This document shows positions 29,723-38,672 of a DNA stretch of 64,000 nucleotides, one piece after another. Every line of letters starts with the position of its first letter. The stretch's first letter is position 1. Made by a program: the position numbers and the translations under genes. The notes under the pieces were generated by a model. The model saw only the letters and a program-made list of their open reading frames with translations. It made no database searches and was not told where the DNA came from. The stretch spans positions 704,001 to 768,000 of the forward strand of contig CAWIIP010000004.1 of NCBI GenBank assembly GCA_963836235.1. The letters are read 5' to 3'. Origin of the DNA: an uncultured Pseudomonadota bacterium. GTDB taxonomy: Bacteria; Oederibacteriota; Muellerivitia; Muellerivitales; Muellerivitaceae.

Positions 29723-32338
29723 ATGAAAACCAAGTGGTCCGGCCTTTTTTTCGGGTTCCTGTTATTGGGAACCTTTGGGCTTTCTTTGCTTTGGGCCGAT
29801 CCCAGCGATAACGTTACCTCGGACCAATCCCTTTACCAGCGGGTCAAAAAGCTGGAGGACTATGGCCTCTTGGACCCTCAGGACAAAGCAATTTTGGATC
29901 AAGGCTTAGTGGTCAATCGACTTGAATTGGCTTTTTATGTCGAAAAGGCAAAGGCTCGATTAGATGCTCCCGAGTTTCCGACCGCAGTTCCGGTATTAGA
30001 GACACCAACCCTTGTACCGGCCTTGCCGGCACCTTCCTTAGAAGTGCCCGCTCTTCCCACGCCCACAGTTGAAGTGCCAACGATGCCAACGCCGACAGCA
30101 GCAATCGTAGTTCCGCCGCCTATGGAGGCTCCCACCCTACCTGCGCCCATAGTTCCGGCTCCGGTGGCGACGACACCCAGCACGAACCAAGATGCCTTGA
30201 GAAAAGAGATCGATGATCTATTAAAAGAGTTACACCAGGAATCGGAAGTTTTGCGCAACCGGACAGGATTGGATGACTATCGTATCCAGCAGGATCAAGC
30301 GGAACTGGATAAACTCAAAGACGTCCAAGACGAAGTGGATTCCACTTTCAAAAAAGCCAACAAATCCGGAGGCGTCCCTCATTTCTCCACCATCTCCGAC
30401 ATCCGGGTGGAGAACGTCAATGTTTCCGGCCTCACGCAGGTCAGCGCCACATCCGTTAAGAATGAGGTTAACCTGGGAGTTTGGAGCGATTTGGGCGGGA
30501 AGGGATCCATCAGTTTGGGATTGGGAAGTTACGTATATTCCTCCGCTTCCGACACACCATCGGCGCCCGCCTCCATTTACCTTTTCAGCCCACAGATACA
30601 TTGGGGCATGGATGGGAAGCTGGGGCATTGGGACAATACTTTCGGGGTGGAGCTTTACACCGCTGATGTTGCCTTGGGGGATTTTTCCCGCGGTGTTCCT
30701 CTCAGTAATCTGCGGTATGAAGAACCATTTGAGATCAAAAGGTATTCCACCGATAAGAACATGAAGAACTGGGACGATTACATGACCAACCTGGGATATG
30801 TTCCCAGTTACACTTCCTGGGTGGGACAAGCCAGCACGGGAATTGTTTTCGACGGGCTATATATGTTGGGAAGCAATTTGCCCCTGTTGAACAAGGACGC
30901 CAAAGCCACTCTTCTTTTCGGCCGTATGGGAAGATCTGCCGAAGACCCTGACACCGACGTGCCCGAAAACCACCGATTGGAAGAGGGACTCAAATACAGC
31001 CAGCCTTGGGCCGGGGGATTTTTGCAGACATCCTTATCCGGTTATTGGATCAATGAGAATCTCGGAATCACGCCTCCGAATACTCCTGCCATGGATTCCC
31101 AAAATTATGATCTCGATATGGCATTCGATATTAAGCCCTTTTTCCTAGCCCTGAAGGGCGGGTACAGCCAATTTTATACGGGGATTCAAACCGGCACCAC
31201 CGACCCCGAACCTCTGAAAGCGCCGGCGGGTCAGGCATCCCTCACTTATTATCCCTTTACCTTCTATTACACCGCCATCAGCGATTCTTATTCGGATATC
31301 AATTCGACGGTATACACGGCGGGGTTCAACTGGAATAACTATGGATATTCCTATACGGGGAACGATTGGCTTTATGGTTACGTTGGGATGGTCAACGATA
31401 TGATTAGCGACCGCCACGGCTGGCGGGCCAACCTGGGCTGGCAGGGACGGCAACAGGATTGGATGAAGTCTTGGCCCTCTATTCTTGACGATGTGGTTGT
31501 CAATTTCGATGTAGCCTCCAACACCGAATACAGTGTCATTCCGGATGAAGCGGGCCATAACGTTATCGAATCTTACCAACTGATTACGGTTTTTTACCCG
31601 GATGACACCGGAATGTGGGGAAGCAGTGTTTGGGGCGGGTATGGGGGAATTCACCCCATGGGACAGGCCTACGAAAACAATATCGCGGGTATTCGAAACG
31701 ATGGATTGACCGTGGGCACCAATGAATACTATCTAACGGCGCTCGGAATAGATTACATGCAACGTGTTCCCTTCATTCTGCCGACCGCTAATGAGCCGAT
31801 TCAGGACATCAATGGAAAAGCCGTTACGGTGGGTCCCGGTATTAACACTTATACCAATCTCGATAACTTGAAAACCTTCAATTACATTACTTTGACGACC
31901 AAACTCCAGCTCAACAAGATGCTAGGGATGCCCCAGCCTTTCTATGGCAGTTTCTTTTTTACGGACCACCAGATTTCCGGAATCACAACCAATCCCGCCC
32001 TCGTCAATATGCCCGACCCGAATCGCCCGGGCCAAACTCTCGCCAATATTCCTGACTTATTCAACCAGCAGGTTTATGACGCGTCGGTCTTATACCAGGT
32101 GGCGAAAAACCTGAACTTGCTGGCGGATTATGGCTGGGAAATTTGGACTTCCAATTACACCTATCCCCTCGTCAACTTCCGAACCGATGCTATCGGCGCG
32201 GGGCTTGCTTATGACCTGCCCTGGGGTGGCGGCAAATTTGAAATAAGGTACAAGCATTTGAACTACCAGGATTATTCGATCCTGGCCAATAGTTACCAAG
32301 CGAACCAAATTTATTCGTATCTCTTGTTCCAGTTTTAA
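29723..32338 (+). CDS. OmpM-like outer-membrane protein A (SLH-like + Pro-rich linker + coiled coil + large beta-barrel)
   Basis: Signal peptide from ATG 29723; SLH-like NVTSDQSLYQRVKKLEDYGLL...NRLELA; coiled coil IDDLLKELHQE; aromatic-rich strands; terminal Phe (YLLFQF). Confidence 0.7.
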   Translation: MKTKWSGLFFGFLLLGTFGLSLLWADPSDNVTSDQSLYQRVKKLEDYGLLDPQDKAILDQGLVVNRLELAFYVEKAKARLDAPEFPTAVPVLETPTLVPALPAPSLEVPALPTPTVEVPTMPTPTAAIVVPPPMEAPTLPAPIVPAPVATTPSTNQDALRKEIDDLLKELHQESEVLRNRTGLDDYRIQQDQAELDKLKDVQDEVDSTFKKANKSGGVPHFSTISDIRVENVNVSGLTQVSATSVKNEVNLGVWSDLGGKGSISLGLGSYVYSSASDTPSAPASIYLFSPQIHWGMDGKLGHWDNTFGVELYTADVALGDFSRGVPLSNLRYEEPFEIKRYSTDKNMKNWDDYMTNLGYVPSYTSWVGQASTGIVFDGLYMLGSNLPLLNKDAKATLLFGRMGRSAEDPDTDVPENHRLEEGLKYSQPWAGGFLQTSLSGYWINENLGITPPNTPAMDSQNYDLDMAFDIKPFFLALKGGYSQFYTGIQTGTTDPEPLKAPAGQASLTYYPFTFYYTAISDSYSDINSTVYTAGFNWNNYGYSYTGNDWLYGYVGMVNDMISDRHGWRANLGWQGRQQDWMKSWPSILDDVVVNFDVASNTEYSVIPDEAGHNVIESYQLITVFYPDDTGMWGSSVWGGYGGIHPMGQAYENNIAGIRNDGLTVGTNEYYLTALGIDYMQRVPFILPTANEPIQDINGKAVTVGPGINTYTNLDNLKTFNYITLTTKLQLNKMLGMPQPFYGSFFFTDHQISGITTNPALVNMPDPNRPGQTLANIPDLFNQQVYDASVLYQVAKNLNLLADYGWEIWTSNYTYPLVNFRTDAIGAGLAYDLPWGGGKFEIRYKHLNYQDYSILANSYQANQIYSYLLFQF

Positions 32339-32341
32339 ACG

Positions 32342-34588
32342 ATGTTTTGGAAAAAGTGGAAAGGTGAAAAAGTGCTAAAAGTCGGGGAAAAATTGAAATC
32401 CACGGTTCTCTTCCGGGCCCTCGCGCTTTTTTTCGTGATGGCTTTTCCGGCAATGGCCGACCACGGTCCTTTGACCACCATCGAAAGAAACAATTGGATT
32501 GATTCTTCCGTCGGAGACCTGGTGTCCGCCGGGTTAGCACCGGCTCCTAATAAGCCGGTTGGGTCCATGACCAACCTGGAAGTGGCCCAATTGACCAAGG
32601 GGGCAGCGGAGCTTTGGATGGCCCAAGCGACCCTGCCGCCGGGGCCTGGACAAGCCGCGGTTTCCACCACGCCAGAAGCGGCGACGAAAAGTCTTGCGGA
32701 ATTGGTGGAAGAATTCAAAAAAGAACTTTCCCTCATGGAAGTAGACGTGACCAAGTTGGAAGACCGGATTTATGACCAGGAACATCGCAACGAAAAATTT
32801 GAGGCCCTCCAGATGGAGTATCTGAAACAAACGGGAACCAGCCTATCGGGAACCTCCAAGGGATATTTTGACACTTATCGCGGTATAGGCGCCAACGCCA
32901 TTTATGGACCCATGGTTTATGACGACATCATGATGGGGGATATCATCCTCAAAAGCGTGCCGGTCCCCTTCGTGCTTTTCGACGCTGATATCCGAATTGC
33001 CAGAACAATCGGCCTCTATTACGCCGACCCGATCAATCCTAGTTTTTCCTTGCGGTGGCTTTCCCTGACTAACACCAACGAAATCTGTAATCTTACGGCG
33101 GGTGACATCTACCGGCATTACACACCCCTTACCCTTTGGAACAACGAATTTCCGGTTTACACCCTAACGGAGCCAACCTCCTATTACCGCATTCGTAAGG
33201 ATATTGAGGAGAATGTCTATTTGGATCACGGGTCCGATTGGCGTCTGCGTGGCTTTGAGGCTGCATCCGACCAGAAGCTGGATAAGAGTCCTATCCTCAG
33301 TTCGTTCCACCTACAGGCCATGGCCGGGGAACTGGCCTCGGCGAGCCAATACACCTTTGCCAATGATTACGCCGGTGGTGAGGCTGCCCTGGACTTTTTT
33401 GACGACAACCTTGAGTTGAAAAGCACCGCTCTCATGTTGTGGGATGACACTGGGACATCAAATGTTCCTTATATTCCCCTGTTGATTTCCACTTTTGCTA
33501 AAACCTATAAAATTGGAAGTTTATCTTCCACCGCGACCCTTCCTTTCGAAAAAAATCTCGATGTTAAGGGATTAGTGGAATGGGCTGGCAGTTCGTACCA
33601 GGATAATTCCCAAAACGCCCAAAGCGTTGTTCAGGATTGGGCGTTATTGGCCAAGGGTTCTATCGATTTGGAAGCTCTTCATTTAAATGCAAAATACCTG
33701 AATATCGGTCCTTATTTTTACTCGCCTGGCGCCCAAACCAACGGTTTTACTCCCGCCTTGGGAACGAATGATTATTTGACCAATAGCCTCATTGACGAGG
33801 GGTTGAACGGCGCTCTCAATAACTATGTGTTTCAAAGCGTGGGCCGTCCCGCTTTTGCCCCTTATGACCGGATGGCTGAAAACACGCTTCCTTACGGAGA
33901 TGCTACGCCGGATCGGGAAGCGCTCATTCTCGGGTTCTCCGCTGAAATCGGAAAGGATGGTTGGCTCAAACCCCAGGGGACTTATACGGTATTTGCCCAA
34001 GAGCTCCAGCCTGATTATGTCTTGACCCCGGCGGGTAACAGCGTTCTCCCGGTGGATTCGGCCAGCCCGACTACCAATTTTCGGAAATTTGGCGGCTATG
34101 AGGGGGCACTGACTTTGGATTTCGCTAAAGCCATAGAGAACTCACTTTCCACCTGGGACCTTTCAGGCGATTACAAGCACCAGACTACGGATTTGGGCCT
34201 GGGGCAGCCGCCTTTTACCGTCAATACCTTGATCGTAAGCGCCGATGCCGGGCCTTTCCCTGGGGTTCCGCTTTTTGAGGGGTTGGTCCTCTCCGGAGCT
34301 TATGAGCAGGCCAAATCCACTGGGAGTGAATACTCTTTAAACAACGTGGGAGAACCCCCGACCTTGGCCAGCTATTCCTCTTATTTTGATAGCGGATCCA
34401 TCGGGAATTATCTTTACCAAGCCCTCGACATCAACCGTACTTCCTGGGCGATTGGCGTTAAATGTCCGATCAGTAAGACCTTCGATATTCATGGCGATGT
34501 TTTTATCAACAAATACACATGGGGTGACGTGCCGAGCTTCGACCGGCGGGAATATATATGGAGAATGATGTATGACCTTACGTTCTAA
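32342..34588 (+). CDS. OmpM-like outer-membrane protein B
   Basis: SLH-like NWIDSSVGDLVSAGL...MTNLEVAQL; stalk LAELVEEFKKELSLMEVDVTKLEDRI resembles SLH-porin coiled coils; ends YDLTF; start codon uncertain. Confidence 0.72.
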   Translation: MFWKKWKGEKVLKVGEKLKSTVLFRALALFFVMAFPAMADHGPLTTIERNNWIDSSVGDLVSAGLAPAPNKPVGSMTNLEVAQLTKGAAELWMAQATLPPGPGQAAVSTTPEAATKSLAELVEEFKKELSLMEVDVTKLEDRIYDQEHRNEKFEALQMEYLKQTGTSLSGTSKGYFDTYRGIGANAIYGPMVYDDIMMGDIILKSVPVPFVLFDADIRIARTIGLYYADPINPSFSLRWLSLTNTNEICNLTAGDIYRHYTPLTLWNNEFPVYTLTEPTSYYRIRKDIEENVYLDHGSDWRLRGFEAASDQKLDKSPILSSFHLQAMAGELASASQYTFANDYAGGEAALDFFDDNLELKSTALMLWDDTGTSNVPYIPLLISTFAKTYKIGSLSSTATLPFEKNLDVKGLVEWAGSSYQDNSQNAQSVVQDWALLAKGSIDLEALHLNAKYLNIGPYFYSPGAQTNGFTPALGTNDYLTNSLIDEGLNGALNNYVFQSVGRPAFAPYDRMAENTLPYGDATPDREALILGFSAEIGKDGWLKPQGTYTVFAQELQPDYVLTPAGNSVLPVDSASPTTNFRKFGGYEGALTLDFAKAIENSLSTWDLSGDYKHQTTDLGLGQPPFTVNTLIVSADAGPFPGVPLFEGLVLSGAYEQAKSTGSEYSLNNVGEPPTLASYSSYFDSGSIGNYLYQALDINRTSWAIGVKCPISKTFDIHGDVFINKYTWGDVPSFDRREYIWRMMYDLTF

Positions 34589-36887
34589 ACTTTTCTTACT
34601 ATTAATGGCCCTCTTTCTTTCTTTGCCTATGGCGGCGGGAGCGGCTTCAGGGGATGATTTTTTCACCGTGGTTCCAACGGGAGATCCCACTTACGCCGAG
34701 TTGAAACATTTAGCGGAGGCAGGCTGGATTTCCAATAAAGACCTGGCTCCCTCCCTGACTCGTTACGACGTAACCCAATTGATCCTGAAGGCGGAAAAAA
34801 ATCGTGATGGGATTGTGGTGGCCCAGGCAGATATGGACATCCCACCCCCGCCGGACGCCAATGCGCCCGCTTCCAGCGCCGATATCATTGCCGCCCCTAC
34901 CACCCAAACCGAAGCCACGGCCGCGGCTACTGAGGAGGCGACCAGGACCCAAGCCATCCAGAGTCTGAACAGCCTGGAGGATGCCTACCAATATGAATTG
35001 AAACTGGTGAAAGACAAGGTTCAAGCCCTGACGGACAAGGTCAATGACATTGACGCCCAGCAATATGACCTTCGAAAGCGCATCAAGGGTATTTCCCAGT
35101 TTCCGACCATCGCGGTCCATGGCATGGGACGGGCCTATGGTTTTTCCCAGCAATATAATTATGGAGATTCGGGCTTATCTTTTATTTACCCCGGTGCCCG
35201 TTATACCTTCGGCTTTTTGGATTTACAGCCGGAAGGAACGGTTTCAAAGGAAGTTAGCTGGAGTACCATTCTGCGTTTAGGATCCGTTTTTGAGCCTAAT
35301 GACAGTCCTGTTTTTAATCTTCGGCGCGTCACGATGAATTTTAATCCGCCTTGGTTTTCCACTAAGGTGGGTGACTTCGACGAAGCCTACACCCCGCTGA
35401 TGCTTTGGAACAGGGACAGTTTGGACATAGCATATAAACCTGAGATGTGGGCCCGCCAGGATGATGAAGCCAAGTATGAGAGCTTTCTCAACAACGAACC
35501 CTATTGGCCCCTGCGGGGATTGAAAATAGGCACGGACGCTATGTGGCCTGATTCACCCGTGCTGGATGAATTAAAAGGTTCAGTTTTCGTCCATATGATC
35601 CGTAACGGTTTTAATGATAACGGGGGATGGTACATCGGCCCCAATGAATTCACCGATTTGGTTTTCGGGGGAACCGCCGAGGTGAAATCGCAAAAATGGT
35701 ATATAGGTGGAATGTCGGTTCAAACAGCTGTTGATACTTATGGGCTCATTTATGATGAACCTATCCAGACCGAACAACCGGGTTCTCCTTATGGTACCTA
35801 TACTCCCTCGACTTGGGCCCACCAATATTTGCTGGGGAGCGTAAAGCCGGATTTGAAGGTGGGTTTGGGTGGAGATCTGTATGTGGGCGGTACGATGGAA
35901 TCCGCCTATTCCAGCTATCAGGATAATAAACAGAATCCCGACAGTGTTTCGACTGACTTTGCACTTCTGGGCGGCCCTTACGTTCAATTCGGTAAATCAC
36001 GGATTTCTTTTAATTATCTCAATGTCGGTCCTTATTATTATTCCCCGCTGGCCCAGACCCGCCAAGACGGCGTCGATCTTTCGAATTATCCGAACTACAA
36101 TTTCGTTATTTCTCCGGAACTTTCAGAAGCGCCCTTGCGTAATCAGTACTTTCTGTCCGACCTTCCAAGAGCGGGCGGGATTTTTGGCTTCTATGACCGC
36201 ACCCAGGACAATACTTTCCCTTATGGTTTGGCGACTCCGAACCGGGAAGGATTTGGCGGGGAATTGGACGTAAAAGCCCTACAAAAAGACTCTTTGAAGA
36301 TCAAGGGTTCGGCTTACTTTGTCCAGGAAATCAGTGGTAACCTTGTAGTAAATGGGGCGGGTACCGGTTTTATTCCGGTGGATAGCCCAACCGGGTCGCT
36401 TCTCGAACCGATTCGGAATTTTACTTATGTCAACATCGGCCCCTCGTTCAATTTGGGACCCTATATTGGGTTTGACCGGGATTTGGAAGTGGGGACCAAT
36501 GTTCGTTATGAACAAACCAATAGTGTTTTAGGAACTTTGACTAGCGCTTGGTTTATTGGGAGCCTCAAGGTGGGAATACTGCCCGTGTGGGATGTGACGG
36601 TGGCTGGAAGTTACCAGGCTATCAATGGATCGGACGAAGGATATGAAGGATCCCTTTTTGCCCGTTATTCGTACCTTTATGATAATTCCGATTTGGGGGA
36701 TTACCGGTTATTTACCGTCAATGGGGACATCGAAAGCGTGAGATTTTCAAACGCAATTAAAGTCAACCGCAATTCCAATATTTATGTGGACTACGATTAT
36801 ACCCGTGGAAATATCATTCCCTACCAAACGGTTCAAGGGATGCTGGGAAATCAATTCATGGAGTTGACGTATGAAGTCAAGTTTTAA
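34572..36887 (+). CDS. OmpM-like outer-membrane protein C (paralog of B)
   Basis: SLH-like FTVVPTGDPTYAELKHLAEAGWI...LTRYDV. Shares GD....YTPL.LWN, W.LRG, YLN+GPY+YSP.AQT and YDR...NT.PYG.ATP.RE with B; ends YEVKF. Confidence 0.75.
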   Translation: MTLRSKLFLLLMALFLSLPMAAGAASGDDFFTVVPTGDPTYAELKHLAEAGWISNKDLAPSLTRYDVTQLILKAEKNRDGIVVAQADMDIPPPPDANAPASSADIIAAPTTQTEATAAATEEATRTQAIQSLNSLEDAYQYELKLVKDKVQALTDKVNDIDAQQYDLRKRIKGISQFPTIAVHGMGRAYGFSQQYNYGDSGLSFIYPGARYTFGFLDLQPEGTVSKEVSWSTILRLGSVFEPNDSPVFNLRRVTMNFNPPWFSTKVGDFDEAYTPLMLWNRDSLDIAYKPEMWARQDDEAKYESFLNNEPYWPLRGLKIGTDAMWPDSPVLDELKGSVFVHMIRNGFNDNGGWYIGPNEFTDLVFGGTAEVKSQKWYIGGMSVQTAVDTYGLIYDEPIQTEQPGSPYGTYTPSTWAHQYLLGSVKPDLKVGLGGDLYVGGTMESAYSSYQDNKQNPDSVSTDFALLGGPYVQFGKSRISFNYLNVGPYYYSPLAQTRQDGVDLSNYPNYNFVISPELSEAPLRNQYFLSDLPRAGGIFGFYDRTQDNTFPYGLATPNREGFGGELDVKALQKDSLKIKGSAYFVQEISGNLVVNGAGTGFIPVDSPTGSLLEPIRNFTYVNIGPSFNLGPYIGFDRDLEVGTNVRYEQTNSVLGTLTSAWFIGSLKVGILPVWDVTVAGSYQAINGSDEGYEGSLFARYSYLYDNSDLGDYRLFTVNGDIESVRFSNAIKVNRNSNIYVDYDYTRGNIIPYQTVQGMLGNQFMELTYEVKF

Positions 36888-37626
36888 ACTTTTGCCGCTA
36901 TTGGCGGTGTTGGGTGGGGTAGGGTGGGTCGGTTGTAAAACCGAAACGCCGACCAGCTATCTTTCATCAAGTGGGCCCAATCCGGCCATGATCGTTAACT
37001 TTGAAGGAGCCACTCCGCTGAATGTCAATCCGAACCTTGCCGAGGCGGGTGAACCAGGAAGCGTGGTACAAAAACCGGGTATTATCGCGGCGACCGGTAG
37101 CCCTCTGGTGACTCCCCAAGTGGTAACTTCGGGTGCTGATAATACGGCCCATTGTGTTTGGATGAATAGCCCGGTTTCCGATCCGGGTAACGGCAGTTAT
37201 CCTGCCGTGGAATTAGTGGTTCCTTTGGAAACGGCTGGCAGTGGAATTTACAACGCCAGTTTATTCAGCGGGATAGAGTTTTATCTAAAAGTAATGGGAG
37301 ACGATACTGCGGGTACAAGGTCGTTCTCTGTGCCGGTGGTTCAAACTTCCGTGCCACCCCAAGGGACTTGCAATCCAAGCGCTTCAAGCAATGCCTGTTA
37401 CAATAATTTCGAGTATGTCTACAGCAGCACTGGCGGTGTTTGGCAGCTGGTGAGTCTTCCTTTTTCAGCCTTCACCCGTCAGAATTATGGATCTGCTATT
37501 TCGCCTTCAACTTTATCTGGGGCAAACTTACAACAGATTATTTCCCTGCAGTGGTCAGAGGGCAACAATAACGTAAAAGGTAATGTGAACGTGGATTTTT
37601 ATGTTGATGAAGTTCAGTTTTTTTGA
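36871..37626 (+). CDS. CBM11/CIA30-like lipoprotein 2
   Basis: Lipobox WVGC; G.G.YP, YNAS.FSGIEFYLK, GTC...CYNNF, FYVDEVQFF. Confidence 0.75.
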   Translation: MKSSFKLLPLLAVLGGVGWVGCKTETPTSYLSSSGPNPAMIVNFEGATPLNVNPNLAEAGEPGSVVQKPGIIAATGSPLVTPQVVTSGADNTAHCVWMNSPVSDPGNGSYPAVELVVPLETAGSGIYNASLFSGIEFYLKVMGDDTAGTRSFSVPVVQTSVPPQGTCNPSASSNACYNNFEYVYSSTGGVWQLVSLPFSAFTRQNYGSAISPSTLSGANLQQIISLQWSEGNNNVKGNVNVDFYVDEVQFF

Positions 37627-37670
37627 AAAGAATTCTTGAGTTTTGCAGTTCTGGGTAATGGGGGTGGAAT

Positions 37671-38525
37671 GTGTGTGTTTTTCAAAATAAAAAAGAAAAA
37701 AGTTTTTTATTTTTTTCGGCACTGATGTTTATTTTCGCAACTTTAACTTTGTGGTTTCAACAAGGCTGTTCAGCTAACTATCCGCCGGTAACCGCGATGG
37801 TTGCGACAGCCACGCCTTCCCTTGCGGCGAATATTATCAGCAATTTCGGGGCGGGGACGACCATGGTGAATCCGACTTTAAGTGGCACTAACCAGCAGGC
37901 GGTAATAGCGGCGGGAGGCTCTACCGGGACTAATACGAATGGGAATGCAGGTTCGGTAACAGTTACTAAGAACTATGCTGGGTACTTTAGTACAAATACC
38001 TATGGAGGAAGTCCGGCCAATAAAATTAACAGCCCTTTTATACTTCCGAACCCAGGGGACGGAAGTAGTTTTGCCATCAACATCAATTGTCCATTATCGG
38101 ATCCCCTTCCTTCTGCTTATCCAGCGGATGATTTAATTTGTAACTTAGTGAGCGGTGGTACTTCGCCTTATTTCGACGCAACTGGGTTTAATGGGATTCA
38201 ATTTGAACTCAATATTCTTCCGGATGACACGAATACCAATCGTGTATTCCAAATTGCAATTGACGTATTAACTCCGACCAGCACTCTGGGAGGGACTTGC
38301 ACCTCGGGCTGTTATAATTATTACCAGGTTGTATTGTCCCCTACTGCCGGTTGGGCTAACGAAAAATATGCTTGGAATTCAATAACAATTCCCTATGGAA
38401 CGAATCCCGGGCCTCTTTCGACGCACCTTACAAAGCTCCTTTTTTTACAATGGGGGTTTAGTGACAATGGAGCCGGAAAAAATACTAATACGGATTTCTG
38501 GATCGATAACGTTAGTTTCTATTGA
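37671..38525 (+). CDS. CBM11/CIA30-like lipoprotein 3
   Basis: Probable lipobox QQGC; FDATGFNGIQF, GGTCTSGCYNYY, FWIDNVSFY; start uncertain. Confidence 0.7.
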   Translation: MCVFQNKKEKSFLFFSALMFIFATLTLWFQQGCSANYPPVTAMVATATPSLAANIISNFGAGTTMVNPTLSGTNQQAVIAAGGSTGTNTNGNAGSVTVTKNYAGYFSTNTYGGSPANKINSPFILPNPGDGSSFAININCPLSDPLPSAYPADDLICNLVSGGTSPYFDATGFNGIQFELNILPDDTNTNRVFQIAIDVLTPTSTLGGTCTSGCYNYYQVVLSPTAGWANEKYAWNSITIPYGTNPGPLSTHLTKLLFLQWGFSDNGAGKNTNTDFWIDNVSFY

Positions 38526-38545
38526 TTGTTAAAATTCATCGTTTC

Positions 38546-38577
38546 AAAGCCGGGCGTTTAACCGTCCGGCTTTTTTT
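38546..38577 (+). terminator. rho-independent terminator closing the barrel/lipoprotein operon
   Basis: AAAGCCGGGCG-TTTAAC-CGTCCGGCTTTTTTT. Confidence 0.85.
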
Positions 38578-38672
38578 ATGGAATTTTGAAGGGTGAAGGG
38601 TTTGTAATCTCTGAGAAATTGGGGAAATAAACCATTTTAGCTGGTTATAATGAGCGACCTCTGGAGGAAGCT

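Noticed and set aside
29723-36887. Calling the three barrels TonB-dependent receptors (SusC)
   Set aside because: No recognisable plug or TonB box; the N-termini are SLH-like helices plus coiled coils.
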